From Chiloscyllium plagiosum (lineage: Eukaryota), in assembly GCF_004010195.1 (NCBI RefSeq), contig NC_057719.1:78214359-78278358 (forward strand): 64,000 nt of DNA, given 5' to 3'. A model generated the notes under the pieces. The model was not told where the DNA came from. It did no database searches and was given only the letters and a program-made list of their open reading frames with translations. A program made the translations under genes and the position numbers. Each line of letters starts with the position of its first letter. Position 1 is the first letter of the stretch. Of the stretch, positions 38,401-49,964 are shown one piece after another.

Positions 38401-38889
38401 ATGCTAAACATTGCCATCAGTCAGCATGTGTGTTACAAGCTGACATATATTCAGATGCAAAATAACGTCCAAGTTTGGCATTTAAAAAATAAACAAAAAG
38501 CTCTGGGGCCAACCATCCCTTAGTGCTTTCCCAATGGCAATGGCTTGACCCAATGGCTCGAGTCCACTTGCCAAGCAATCCGCAAAAATTGTTGTTTTCT
38601 TTGAATATTTGTATTTTCCGTTTGTGATTCTGTCCGCGTGAATGCAAGACTAAACGCTTCATCAGCATGTACCTTTCTGCAGTTATATCAAATTATTAAC
38701 AGTATGGCAGTTTATCTAGACAACTTTAAATGAGTACTTTGCCAGTAGATCACAAGATTTTTCTTCATTATGAACTCCGTGATCTTTTCTATGAAGTAAT
38801 TTTCACATCAAAAGGTCGTGTTCAAAATATTGGAAAGTGCATCAAATTACCATAAAATCAAAATACATTGGGTGAGATGGGCAAATCCT

Positions 38890-39200
38890 CGGGAGTAGTC
38901 AAATTTCCGCTACATCAGTCTTCCGGGCGCTAAAATAGCACCAGCCCGTCGGAAGTGCGATAGTTATTGGACACGGTGTTGCAAGTTTGGGCTCGGCTCG
39001 TGTTAAACTTACTGTAGAATGCAGCCCCATCAAAAAATATTGTGGCATCATGGTCCTGCAATTGATCTGAAGTTCGCGCTTCAGAGCAAAGACAAACCTG
39101 GTCGGGATTGACGAGAGCGCCGGAGAAACTGTGGCGCGAATGTTTACCAGCGTATTTTTAAAACAAGGGGATTTCAACAAAAAAAAACCTTGAGCTGCCT
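38890..39200. promoter_or_regulatory. CpG-rich promoter region with ETS, CCAAT and E2F-like motifs
   Basis: Local CpG enrichment in an otherwise CpG-depleted window; CTTCCGG 38920-38926, CGGAAGTG 38950-38957, ATTGG 38966-38970, TGGCGCGAA 39132-39140. Confidence 0.65.
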
Positions 39201-39561
39201 TAATTTAGCGTGCGGTGCTGTGGAGTGCCGGGGAACTGGAAGCGTCAGTGGGCGCTGCTGCAGCATCTGTTTGCAGTTGGGGGTGATAAAGGAACGAGTG
39301 AGAGAGTGAGTGAGTGCAGAGCACTCAGAATTGAGCTCCATCTCTCTCTCTCTCTCTCACACACACATCCACTCACTCACCTGGGATCCAGCCTCCAGGG
39401 CAAGCCGAGCTCAAATAATAAAACAAACAAGGCAAAACAATCCGGCTCAACAGATCGCTTCCACTCCACCAGTTAATATGCTCATCGCTGCCTGATCCTT
39501 CTGTCGTCGCTGGATAGGAGGGGGGGGGAAAGGAGGAAGAAATCATTCTTCGGTTGCTAAG
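39200..39561 (+). other. RGS6: Probable non-coding exon 1 (5' UTR) of the RGS gene; start approximate
   Basis: CpG-containing tract ending in AAG|GTACGG donor at 39562, 532 nt upstream of the coding-exon acceptor; RGS6/RGS7 have an untranslated first exon. Confidence 0.55.
39340..39380. repeat. (CT)n-(CA)n-(CACT)n microsatellite in the putative 5' UTR
   Basis: tctctctctctctctctcacacacacatccactcactcac. Confidence 0.9.
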
Positions 39562-40114
39562 GTACGGTACAGGGCAGACGATGAAGGAAAAAATGTGTGT
39601 GTATTTATTTATGTACACTGTATCCTTAAGCATCTTCAGTTGTTTGGGGTTGTTGTGATGGGTGAGTGTTCTGGCTGATTTTATTTTTCCTTAAAGATTT
39701 ATTTTAAATAATACGGTTTCTTCATAATTACTTAGCCTGTCTCCTCTTCCCCTTCCCCATTCCATCTACGGAGTTAAAAATAGTTTACAGTCGGTGCGCC
39801 AATTGGGGACAGCTCAGGTCGGCGCTATGTGATATTTGCAGAATAAGATACTGAGCTTTGGCACGGCAAACACGATTACCGCTACACTCCCACCCCCAAA
39901 TCCCATATTCCAATTCCTTTCTTGCTCCATCTACCTTTTGCTGGTTATCATTCATTCAGATGCCAAGGGGAAGCTCCTTAATTCTCTCCTTGGAGTAGGT
40001 TCGTGAGGAAGATTTGTGTTGTTGCTGAATTATGTACTTTCTCTGCCAAGATCCCGTGAGCATGGATTGTCACCGATTTCTCTCTGCTTTTAGAGTCCTC
40101 AAGAAAGTCCTGGC

Positions 40115-40198
40115 ATGGCCCAGGGACCAACTGAACAAGCTACATGTGGGGCGAGTGAGCCTGAAGAGACCTCTCCCAATATGTTGGTGTACAGAAAG
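40115..40198 (+). CDS. RGS6: First coding exon of an R7-family regulator of G-protein signalling, most like RGS6 (exon 40094-40198, CDS part 84 nt)
   Basis: Polypyrimidine acceptor ...tctctctgcttttag at 40092-40093, Kozak ggcATGg at 40115, donor AAG|GTAGGG at 40199. Translation MAQGPTEQATCGASEPEETSPNMLVYRK (28 aa) matches the recalled human RGS6 N-terminus MAQGSGDQRAVGVADPEESSPNMIVYCK in length and PEE motif. MLVYRK is RGS7-like, so family is near certain but paralogue is not. Confidence 0.85.
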
Positions 40199-41109
40199 GT
40201 AGGGGGTGTCTGTTTAATTGGGCATGCTGGAGTTTGGACTGTCTCCTCACTGGGTACTGAGGAGAGCTGACCATGGCGGCAAACTGTTTGCGTCTTAAGT
40301 GGATCATGATCACGAACGTTACCTCTTGCTTCAAGGCACCCAGTAAAAGCAGTCGGCTTACCCTGTGGCTGAGATGCTAAAGGAACCATTTGTTTTGCCA
40401 GGCTTAACCCAGACATCTCGGGATAACTGTAATGTTTAGGGAGAAGTGTTCTCCACTTGCCTTCTTGTTCAGTCTCTGAGCAGCCATACAGAATCTTTTA
40501 AAAAGGATTGGGAAGTTCTTCAGGTACTCTGACTGCACTCCCTCACTTAGCTCAGACTACTGTGAAAGCAACAGAATAATCTGTCCTTCCTGATAGCTCT
40601 TTGTGGGACTTTGCATGACTGCTGTGTTTGCCTACATTAGATAGTCAATATACTTAGAGACATTTTGGCAAGATCAGTAAGGCATTATATAAACACAAAT
40701 ATTATTGCATTTAAGGCTAATTGAACAATTACAGTATTTGCTTTGAATCAGAAAAAAAGGACAAGTTATTTACCTAGAGGAAACCTAAATAGTATTGACT
40801 TTTCCTTTATTACAGCTCAGTTGTGATCTTTCAGTACACCAGTGGAAAATGCACAATCCTTGCATGATCAATATTATTAATGTCAATAATTATCCTTCTA
40901 AGTCAGGAGCTCCTCTGCTCTGTACCATTTTGTGACAGTATCAGTTGGTGATTTTATTTTTCAATTTCTGATGTGAGCTGGAAAAGGCTGTTAGTTCAAA
41001 TGCATAGAACCTGTTTCACCTTTGTATGGATTTTGTTAGCTCATAGTAGTGTTTGGAAGAAATAAAAGTATCTGGAAAGCCCTGTCGACACACTGGAATT
41101 AAAGGCTGG

Positions 41110-42990
41110 TGGGCAAATCTATAACTGAACATGGACTATCTTTAAAGGAGAGGCATTTTGCACATATTCAAGGTATGTTCCCATGAAGGGAAGAAGGAGG
41201 GCAAAGATCCAGATCTCCCTGAAGCCAAAATGTATGGGGAATATGACGAAGAAGAAAAAGTTTGCTAAGACGAATGTCAGGTGTTTCAGACAACTGAGAA
41301 TCAGTTTACAGTTTGAAGGTTCAAAAGGAAATTGCAAAGCAAATAAATGAAGCAAAGAGAAGGTATGAGAAGAGACTGGCAGCTAACAGAAAAGGGAACC
41401 TACAAATTGTCTGTATGCATATAAATAGTTGAAGGGTGATAGAGGGAGGAATGATCCTGTTTAGGTATCGCACAGGGAACTAAGTGGAATGAGGCAGGGG
41501 TAATTGAGGTATTATTAAGAATTTACATCTGTATTTACCAAGGAAGAAGGTACTGCATAAAAGAAGAGGCCATTCAAACCCTTAAGATTTAAAATTGATA
41601 AGGTAAGGTATTAGATAAACTGCATGTACTTAAAGCTCATAACGAACCAGGGCTGGATGGGATCAGTTCAAGGATATTGAGAGAAATGAGAGTGGAAATT
41701 GTGGCCATGGATTTCCAGTCTCTCTTAGACTCAAGGATGGTGCCAGAGAACCAAAGAATTACAAATGTTACACTCTTGTTCAAGAAAGGATGTAAAGAGA
41801 AGCCCAGCAACTATGGCCCAGTCAGTTAAATTTTGGGTATAGGAAAGCCACTGGAAGCAACAATTACAGATACAATTAGTAGTCACTCAGGTAAATGTGG
41901 GTTAATTATGGGAAATTAGCATGGATTTCTTGAGGCAAATTGTGTTAAAATATCATCTTGAGTTTTCTGATGAGGTACCAGAGAGAGTTTTACAAGAATA
42001 ATGCAGTTCATGTAATGTATATGGACTTCCAAATGCATTTAATAAAGTGCCCTACAAGCGCCTTGTCAGCAGTGTTAGAGCTCATTGAATAAAAACAATG
42101 TAGCAATGTGAACACAAAATTGACAAAGTGAGAGACAACAGAGAAGAACAGATACATCCCAGACTGCAGGAAAGTTTATAGTGAAATTCCCCATTGGGTA
42201 GCGTTCAGCCTCCTGCTTTATCTTTAATGCCCTTAATGGATCTTGGTATACTGAGCACAATTTCAAAGTTTGCAGCTGAAATAGAACATGAGTTGGTTAG
42301 TGCAGAACATCCTAATAACTATGAAAAGCGGACAAGTAGCAGAAGAAATTGAATGCAGGGCTATACAAACTGATTTACTTTGGTCGGAAGGATGCAGAGA
42401 TAATATCATATGAAGGATCTAATTCTAAAAGGGATGATGGAGCAGAGGGACCTGGGCATAAATGTACATATATTCATTAAAAGTGCCACGACAGGTTGAG
42501 AGAGCAGCTAAGAAAACATATAATCTTGAGGTTTATTAGTGTGTGGCATAGAGTACAAAAGTAAACAAGTTAGGTTAACCTTAAACTGCACTGGTTCAGC
42601 CTCAACTGGAGTATTACATCCAGTTCTAGCAATGATATGATAAGACTGAAGAGGCAGCAGAAAAGATTCATGAGAATGAATCCAGGGCCGAGAATGTTCA
42701 GTTATGTGGAGAGATTGGTGAGGTTGGAATTGCATAGAGATAATCATGAAGGGTCTGGACAGAATTGATGGGGATGAATGTTCCCATTGGTGGAAGGTTG
42801 AGACCCAGAGGGCATGGTCACTTCAAGCTTTCTAAAGATTGTTACCATTTACAGAAAGAATGAACTGGTCTACTGGTAAAGGTGGCCGAGGCGGAGTATT
42901 TGCACTCAGTGAATTGCTCCTTCGGACATAGAGTCATAGATACATCTAGTGTAGATGGCCTCTGTCTGTGTTTAACCATGCTGTGACTCT
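41110..42990 (+). mobile_element. Old, heavily decayed CR1 ORF2
   Basis: ccagggctggatgggatc..aaggatattgagagaa, cccagcaactatggcccagtcagtt, tatatggacttcca. Confidence 0.8.
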
Positions 42991-44117
42991 AGATGCCTCC
43001 TTTTTGGTGCCGAATCCTCCTGAAATACTGCTTGGCAATTCTGTAAGAAAAGCCCCAGCTTGAGCAAAGGAGAATCATTTAGAATTTTGCGTGCTCCAGT
43101 TTGATAGGATTTATTTCCTTTGATACAGCATCCTTTTCACCAATGCTACAAATTATTTTAATTCACAATTTTACCTCATCTTTGAGAATTATTGGGAACT
43201 CTCCCAACTTGTTTATGTATTAGGAAAGAATAACTGCAGTTGTGTTCTGCTCCTATAAACCTACGTTTAAATAGGTGCAACATTAACTAATTGAGAGTTT
43301 TTAATGGTTTTAGCCATTTCACCGTCAACAGTTTCAAGTATTTAAGGACAATCTAGCTACATGGGAATTCAATATTGTTTCGTGAAGCAAAGATGACTGT
43401 GGTGCCTACTGAAATCTAAATGCGAGTTGTGGACAAACAGATGCATTGGCAGTGATTAATGACGAATGGCACAATGTGTGAAAGTGATCAATGCTTGGCT
43501 TTTTTAGTGGCATTGTTAACAGTGAAAGCTCAGTGAGTGGTTGCAAAATGGCACTGTTTTTCAGGACAAAGCTAATTTAATTGATTTTATGGTTATGCAA
43601 GTTTCTTGCTCCCAATTTAAGAATTTGTCAGTAGAGCTTAGCAAAGCTGGATCGATTGAGAGTTTCAGGTGAACAGTGAAATTAGGAGCATTTTTAAGAA
43701 ATATGTAAATTGCCAGTCACCCCTAATTGCCTTACAATGAAGGCAACAAAGCTCAATGGATAGACAGAGTCAGCTTCATCAATATTTAATAATTTTGTCA
43801 AGTTACTCATGGTAGTATTAGTTAATATGACGGACAACCCTTTCTGTGGTAGAAAATGTATACGAATGTAGCACTAATGGCCACCTGAATTCCTTCAAAG
43901 GTGAAAGTTTGAAAAGTTGGGGCTAGGGTGCTTTATCTAACCTTCCAACCACATTTTGATTTAGCCCTTATCCCCGTGTCCCCTACCTCTCCCTCATCTT
44001 TGGTAGGTGGCATTACTCTTAATGAGGAGAAAGTGAGGACTGCAAATGCTGGAGATCAGAGCTGAAAATGTGTTGCTGGAGAAGCGCAGCAGGTCAGGCA
44101 GCATCCAAGGAACAGGA

Positions 44118-44155
44118 GAATCGACGTTTCGGGCATAAGCCCTTCTTCAGGAATG
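44118..44155 (-). ncRNA. Minimal hammerhead ribozyme motif (family A)
   Basis: AUUC-CUGAAGA-A-GGGC(UUAU)GCCC-GAAAC-GUC-GAUU on minus strand. Confidence 0.7.
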
Positions 44156-44177
44156 GGGAAAGTGTGTCCAGCAGGCT

Positions 44178-44871
44178 NNNNNNNNNNNNNNNNNNNNNNN
44201 NNNNNNNNNNNNNNNNNNNNNNNNNNNNNNNNNNNNNNNNNNNNNNNNNNNNNNNNNNNNNNNNNNNNNNNNNNNNNNNNNNNNNNNNNNNNNNNNNNNN
44301 NNNNNNNNNNNNNNNNNNNNNNNNNNNNNNNNNNNNNNNNNNNNNNNNNNNNNNNNNNNNNNNNNNNNNNNNNNNNNNNNNNNNNNNNNNNNNNNNNNNN
44401 NNNNNNNNNNNNNNNNNNNNNNNNNNNNNNNNNNNNNNNNNNNNNNNNNNNNNNNNNNNNNNNNNNNNNNNNNNNNNNNNNNNNNNNNNNNNNNNNNNNN
44501 NNNNNNNNNNNNNNNNNNNNNNNNNNNNNNNNNNNNNNNNNNNNNNNNNNNNNNNNNNNNNNNNNNNNNNNNNNNNNNNNNNNNNNNNNNNNNNNNNNNN
44601 NNNNNNNNNNNNNNNNNNNNNNNNNNNNNNNNNNNNNNNNNNNNNNNNNNNNNNNNNNNNNNNNNNNNNNNNNNNNNNNNNNNNNNNNNNNNNNNNNNNN
44701 NNNNNNNNNNNNNNNNNNNNNNNNNNNNNNNNNNNNNNNNNNNNNNNNNNNNNNNNNNNNNNNNNNNNNNNNNNNNNNNNNNNNNNNNNNNNNNNNNNNN
44801 NNNNNNNNNNNNNNNNNNNNNNNNNNNNNNNNNNNNNNNNNNNNNNNNNNNNNNNNNNNNNNNNNNNNNNN
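44178..44871. other. Assembly gap
   Basis: N run. Confidence 1.
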
Positions 44872-45241
44872 TTGGAACTGGTCCTCCTGGGAGGAGATGC
44901 GGCGGAGACGAAGGAATTGGGAATATGGGATGGCGTTTTTACAGGGGGCAGGGTGGGAGGAGGTGTAGTCTAGGTAGCTGTGGGAGTCGGTCGGTTTATA
45001 GTAAATGTCCGTGTTGATTCGGTCGCCCGGGATAGAAATGGAAAGGTCTAGGAAGGGGAGGGAGGAGTCTGAGACGGTCCAGGTGAATTTGAGGTCGGGG
45101 TGGAAGGTGTTGGTAAAGTGGATGAACTGTTCAACCTCCTCGTGGGAGCACGAGGCAGCGCCGATACAGTCATCGATGTAGCGGAGGAAAGGGTGGGGGG
45201 TGGTGCCAGTGTAGCTGCGGAAGATGGACTGTTCCACATAT

Positions 45242-45334
45242 CCTATGAAGAGGCAGTCATAGCTGGGGCCCACCTATGAAGAGGCAGGCATAGCTGGGGC
45301 CCACCCATGAAGAGGCAGGCATAGCTGGGGCCCA
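45242..45334. repeat. Three tandem 31-bp copies at the Penelope truncation point
   Basis: cc(t/c)atgaagaggcag(t/g)catagctggggccca x3. Confidence 0.95.
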
Positions 45335-45505
45335 GTCTCAATGAACTTTGCATGCAACCTGAGCTCTCATGATGGTTAATTTGTGAAAAATATAACTCAG
45401 ATGATTTGGTGATGGTGGGGGCAAAAGTGAAATGTTGCAAGCTTGCAATGATTCCCCATCCCATCCTATGATAAACTGGCCACCATGGCCAAAGCAAAAC
45501 CTTTA

Positions 45506-46119
45506 CAGGTAGTTCTCCTATAACACAATTGTTCCTGTGCAACAGCGTGTTATAGAAAATCATACAATATAAATAATAGGGCCAATAGGAAAAACAGGGT
45601 TAGGGGCCAAAAATATCAGTAAAAATCAAAACAAAAACAATAGCCTAACATAAACTATAGCATGGTCTAAGTAAATCTTTAAATCATATATTTTAGTGAA
45701 ATAGTACAGCAAATTTAACACTTTAACACTAAAATCACTGACTACAGCTCTTCATCAGAAAGTACACAATCACGTAATGCTGACGAGGAAGTCCAGTCCT
45801 CCTCAGGATACCCCCCCAACACCCCCATCCTGGTTTGAAATAAAGTTTTGTCAAAATATAGACACCAATTCCCAGTTTCAAGCTCAATTCCAAGGCTTGC
45901 AGAGCTGATTGCATCCCTGTATTAGCTGAACACACTGAATTTGCATTTTGTAGACAGAGGAACGTGAGGCTGCGTTTTGCTGTTCAGGAAAGTGCCGGGG
46001 ATGGAATCGCGTAACAGTGAACGGGGAGTTTGCTTTGTATAAAAACAAGTCCACAGTTCTCAAATCATATTACAACCAAATCGTATTTAATAAACACAGG
46101 TTATAATAGAACTACTGGT
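45506..46119. mobile_element. Non-autonomous Tc1/mariner-pogo (Tigger-like) DNA transposon
   Basis: TA|CAGGTAGTTCTCCTATAAC ... GTTATAATAAGAACTACTGG|TA imperfect TIRs with TA flanks. Confidence 0.6.
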
Positions 46120-47827
46120 ACTTTTTAAAAGCTTGAATTTCCTTCTGGGGTTGTTGGGAGAGAAGCTAAACAAAGAGTGTTGCCCCCACCCTGTGTCTGG
46201 GTGCCAATCTCCAGGTACCTGAACTGATCGCTGATGCTGGAGGAACCTGGAAGCTGACTGGAATATTCCAGTCAGTTTCCTTTACTCAGCATCAGTTTGG
46301 CTCTTAATAAGCTGGATTGCCAATGTAAACAGGTGGTCCTGTTCCTGCCTCCACAAAAGTGTCAGAGAGGCGGCATGGAGTTAAGGGGCTGGCATACAGA
46401 ATTGTTTTTAGTTCCTGTCTGCCTCTGATCTTGGCCCCAGTGGGGACTAAACTTTCAGCTCCAAGGGTCTGAAGGGTGCTTATTATCATATTCAAAGGGA
46501 CACCGCATTACTTCAATACACAGTAAAATAGTGTCACATTGAGTTTTACTGTCTGAAATTTTATTTCCAATTGCTTTCTCTTTATTTATTTCAATGTAGC
46601 CCTTTTCTCCTACAACAAGAATAATTTGCATTTGTACAGTGCCATTTAACTGTACAAAATATCTGGATGTGCTTGACAAGGGCATTGCCAAACTAAATTT
46701 GGCTCTACATTATCTGCCGTAGAAATCACATCTTTTCTGCATTTATCTTGAATTCTTTTATTGTAGAATTTGCTGTCATACGTTCATTTCTAAAGCGGGG
46801 GAGACTAAATTACCTGTTTTGAGCATAAGGGAAAGGTGACTCACAAACGTTATCCTGACTGTAATGATAAAAAAGCTGCTCTTTATGTAGAAAAGTGAAT
46901 GCTTTGATTTTCCGGTGCAGGGTCCTGTTAATACCATTCTTTGAAACTGGGAATATGATTGTACAATACACGTACGATGCACACAGGTAATTCTTGATGT
47001 GTGACCCTGGAGAAATACCTATTTTATTTACAACCACTTTGACTCATTGTTCGTTCATTGGTACACTATCAGCCATTTGCAGCACATTTCATGAAGTGTT
47101 TAATTTTGTAATCCATGTATCTGGAAATAGCTAATCTTTTATTGACGAAATATAATATGTTCAGTAATCTAATACCTAGACAATTAGATTTCATAAAATT
47201 TGCTTTCGTGCTATTCATCATTACATCTCCCAGCTCTTTTTATCTGCAGTAAGTGCAACACAATAATTGCAAGCATCAAATTACTGAATTCTAAATTTCG
47301 TATTGTATAAGTAATGAACATTCTTCATGACATAGAAGTTATTTGTGGACATCTCTCACAGATTAATCAGAGTCCTTGTTCATGCTCGCATTACAAATTA
47401 TAATTGTAGCTTGTTTTTATCCGAATTAATTTTGCTTTCTTCTGTGAACACGAACAGCTTATTGAGAATGAATTGTCAGGCTCAACAACTATATTTGTGA
47501 ATTGCAATTTTGACAGACAAGATCGTTTTCACAGGTGAACTGTATTTTTATATTGAAACTATAAATAAACAAAACTAGCAGTGCTACCCAAGCAATGCAG
47601 CAGAAAGAAATGTGTTTTGGAAATAGTGAAGTTAAACCTTCTGCCACCATTCTAATGGTCTATTTTTGTTACGTATTCACTAGGTAACTAAATGTCTTAT
47701 TTCTCTCAGAGGAAGGCAGAGATGATACCAGACTTAAATCCAAACAGTTTAATTACAGAACTATAAAACTTATTTGGAACTTCCACAATCTTTTTTGCCG
47801 GGAGCTCCAGACTCTTTCTGGATGTTT

Positions 47828-47983
47828 CCATAAGACATAAGAGCAGAATTAGGCCATTCAGCCCATCGAGTCAGCTCTACCATGTGGTCATAACTGATAT
47901 GTTTCTTAATCCCATTCTCCTACTTTCACCTTATAACTCTTGATCCTCTTACCAATCAAAAACCTGGCTATCTCTGTCTGAAA
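47828..47983 (-). mobile_element. CR1 3' tail
   Basis: cataagacataagagcagaattaggccattcagcccatcgag. Confidence 0.75.
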
Positions 47984-48137
47984 TTGGTTATCACTGCTGA
48001 CTCACAGCACCAGGGTCCCAAGTTCGATTCTAGCCTCGGGGGACTGTCTGTGTGGAGTTTGCACATTCTTCCCGTATCTGCGTGGGTTTCCTCCAGGTGC
48101 TCCAGTTTCCTCCCACAGTCCAAAGACGCGCAGGTTA
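47984..48137 (+). mobile_element. HE1-type V-SINE cut by gap
   Basis: tRNA head plus gtggagtttgcacattctt...ggtttcctccaggtgctcc. Confidence 0.85.
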
Positions 48138-48637
48138 NNNNNNNNNNNNNNNNNNNNNNNNNNNNNNNNNNNNNNNNNNNNNNNNNNNNNNNNNNNNNNN
48201 NNNNNNNNNNNNNNNNNNNNNNNNNNNNNNNNNNNNNNNNNNNNNNNNNNNNNNNNNNNNNNNNNNNNNNNNNNNNNNNNNNNNNNNNNNNNNNNNNNNN
48301 NNNNNNNNNNNNNNNNNNNNNNNNNNNNNNNNNNNNNNNNNNNNNNNNNNNNNNNNNNNNNNNNNNNNNNNNNNNNNNNNNNNNNNNNNNNNNNNNNNNN
48401 NNNNNNNNNNNNNNNNNNNNNNNNNNNNNNNNNNNNNNNNNNNNNNNNNNNNNNNNNNNNNNNNNNNNNNNNNNNNNNNNNNNNNNNNNNNNNNNNNNNN
48501 NNNNNNNNNNNNNNNNNNNNNNNNNNNNNNNNNNNNNNNNNNNNNNNNNNNNNNNNNNNNNNNNNNNNNNNNNNNNNNNNNNNNNNNNNNNNNNNNNNNN
48601 NNNNNNNNNNNNNNNNNNNNNNNNNNNNNNNNNNNNN
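48138..48637. other. Assembly gap (500 N), followed by the end of a family D pLTR (48638-48683)
   Basis: N run; ccaaataaacctgttggactata. Confidence 1.
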
Positions 48638-49964
48638 CCAAATAAACCTGTTGGACTATAATCTGGTGCTGTGTGATTTTTCACTCATACCAGAATGTGC
48701 AGACCCACAAGACAAAAATCAAGGGAGGTGAAATCTTATAGTGGACCTGCTACATCCACCTGGAAGAAAATTCAAACTCCCCTTTTGTTTCCTCTACTGC
48801 TGGGACACTGGCAGAATAATGCTAACTGTATTTAATTTTCTGTACTGTTAATCCAGCTATGACATTGTTTCTCTCTTAGTACTTCTGACTCACTTTTTAA
48901 AAGAAAAAGAAATGACTGTTGAATTCATGGTGTTGGGGTTTCTCGATGGCATTGATCAACGTGAGTGATTTCAAGTTTTGAAATTCATTTGAACTTAGAT
49001 GACTATTGCAAACGGGTTCAATTTGAAATACTTCAACATTTCTGGATGTAATACTTCCTTCATAACAACTGCTCGTTATTCATTGCTCCCTAACAGTGCA
49101 CCTTATGACTTCTTATGAATTTTGAATGCGTTCACCTACAAGATCAAAGTTATAAATTATACTATTTTAAGAATGCTGCAGTAGTAACCTGTGGGATATA
49201 AATTGCATTCCACGGAATTAAGTGTGGATTTACAGATTTTGCAAGGTTTTCCAGAGAGCTAAGCTCATACGAACAGATGCAGCCAGAAGTATGATGTACC
49301 CTTTGCTTTTTGATATTTGACAATTTTTGATATTTTTTCATTCTTACTTAAAACATCACAACACTGTGCAGCATCTCATGCAGAAATACTGTCCTCACAA
49401 CATTCCCTCTGAATGGTGCCAATCTTGTTGTGACAATTTCTAATATAAATTGGAAATTGTGGAAGAATTAGCAGCTGGAAAGAAAAATCCACATATAGAG
49501 CGACTGCTGGTCATATTGTCCTGGTTTGCCTTCATGTAATGCCTTGCATGTCGCTGAGTGTAGATTCTCCATCCCACCACGTGTGAATAATTTGGGCACC
49601 ATAAAAAATTCAGTTCAAAAGAAAATTCAATTTTTGTCCTGAATAATGTTGCCGACATCTTGCTTGAGACGATCTCTGTCCAAGCCGGAAACAACGCCAG
49701 CTCTTGTTAAATGGAGGTCAGTGAATTGACATCCACTGACCTCCAGTAGACCTGCTCCGTAGGACTGAGGAAAAGAACAATATTTGTGCATGCGAATTAA
49801 AATATCAGGAATGGCAGTAATGAAAAGTAGAAATGAAATTAAGAAGACTACTGAATTAAAAGAGAGTTAACTCTTTAGGAGGAGGGTGTTTCAAAGGTGA
49901 CATTATATCTCCAACCTACAGCATGTGGACTGCAGCAGTTCAAGAAGACAGCTCACCACCACCT

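Larger units (their letters stand above)
44021..45334 (-). mobile_element. 5'-truncated Penelope element (RT, gap, family A pLTR)
   Basis: MGPSY..LF, FLRYIDDCIG, LPFLDL, YYKPTDSHSYLDYTSSHP; pLTR 44021-44177. Confidence 0.9.

Noticed and set aside
38417..38668. Minus ORF near the promoter as the divergent gene
   Set aside because: No recognisable domain or splice support
39790..39830. REST/RE1 site in intron 1
   Set aside because: Only the GGACAGC half-site is present
45242..45334. CRISPR-like repeat array
   Set aside because: No spacers; it is duplicated Penelope coding sequence in a vertebrate
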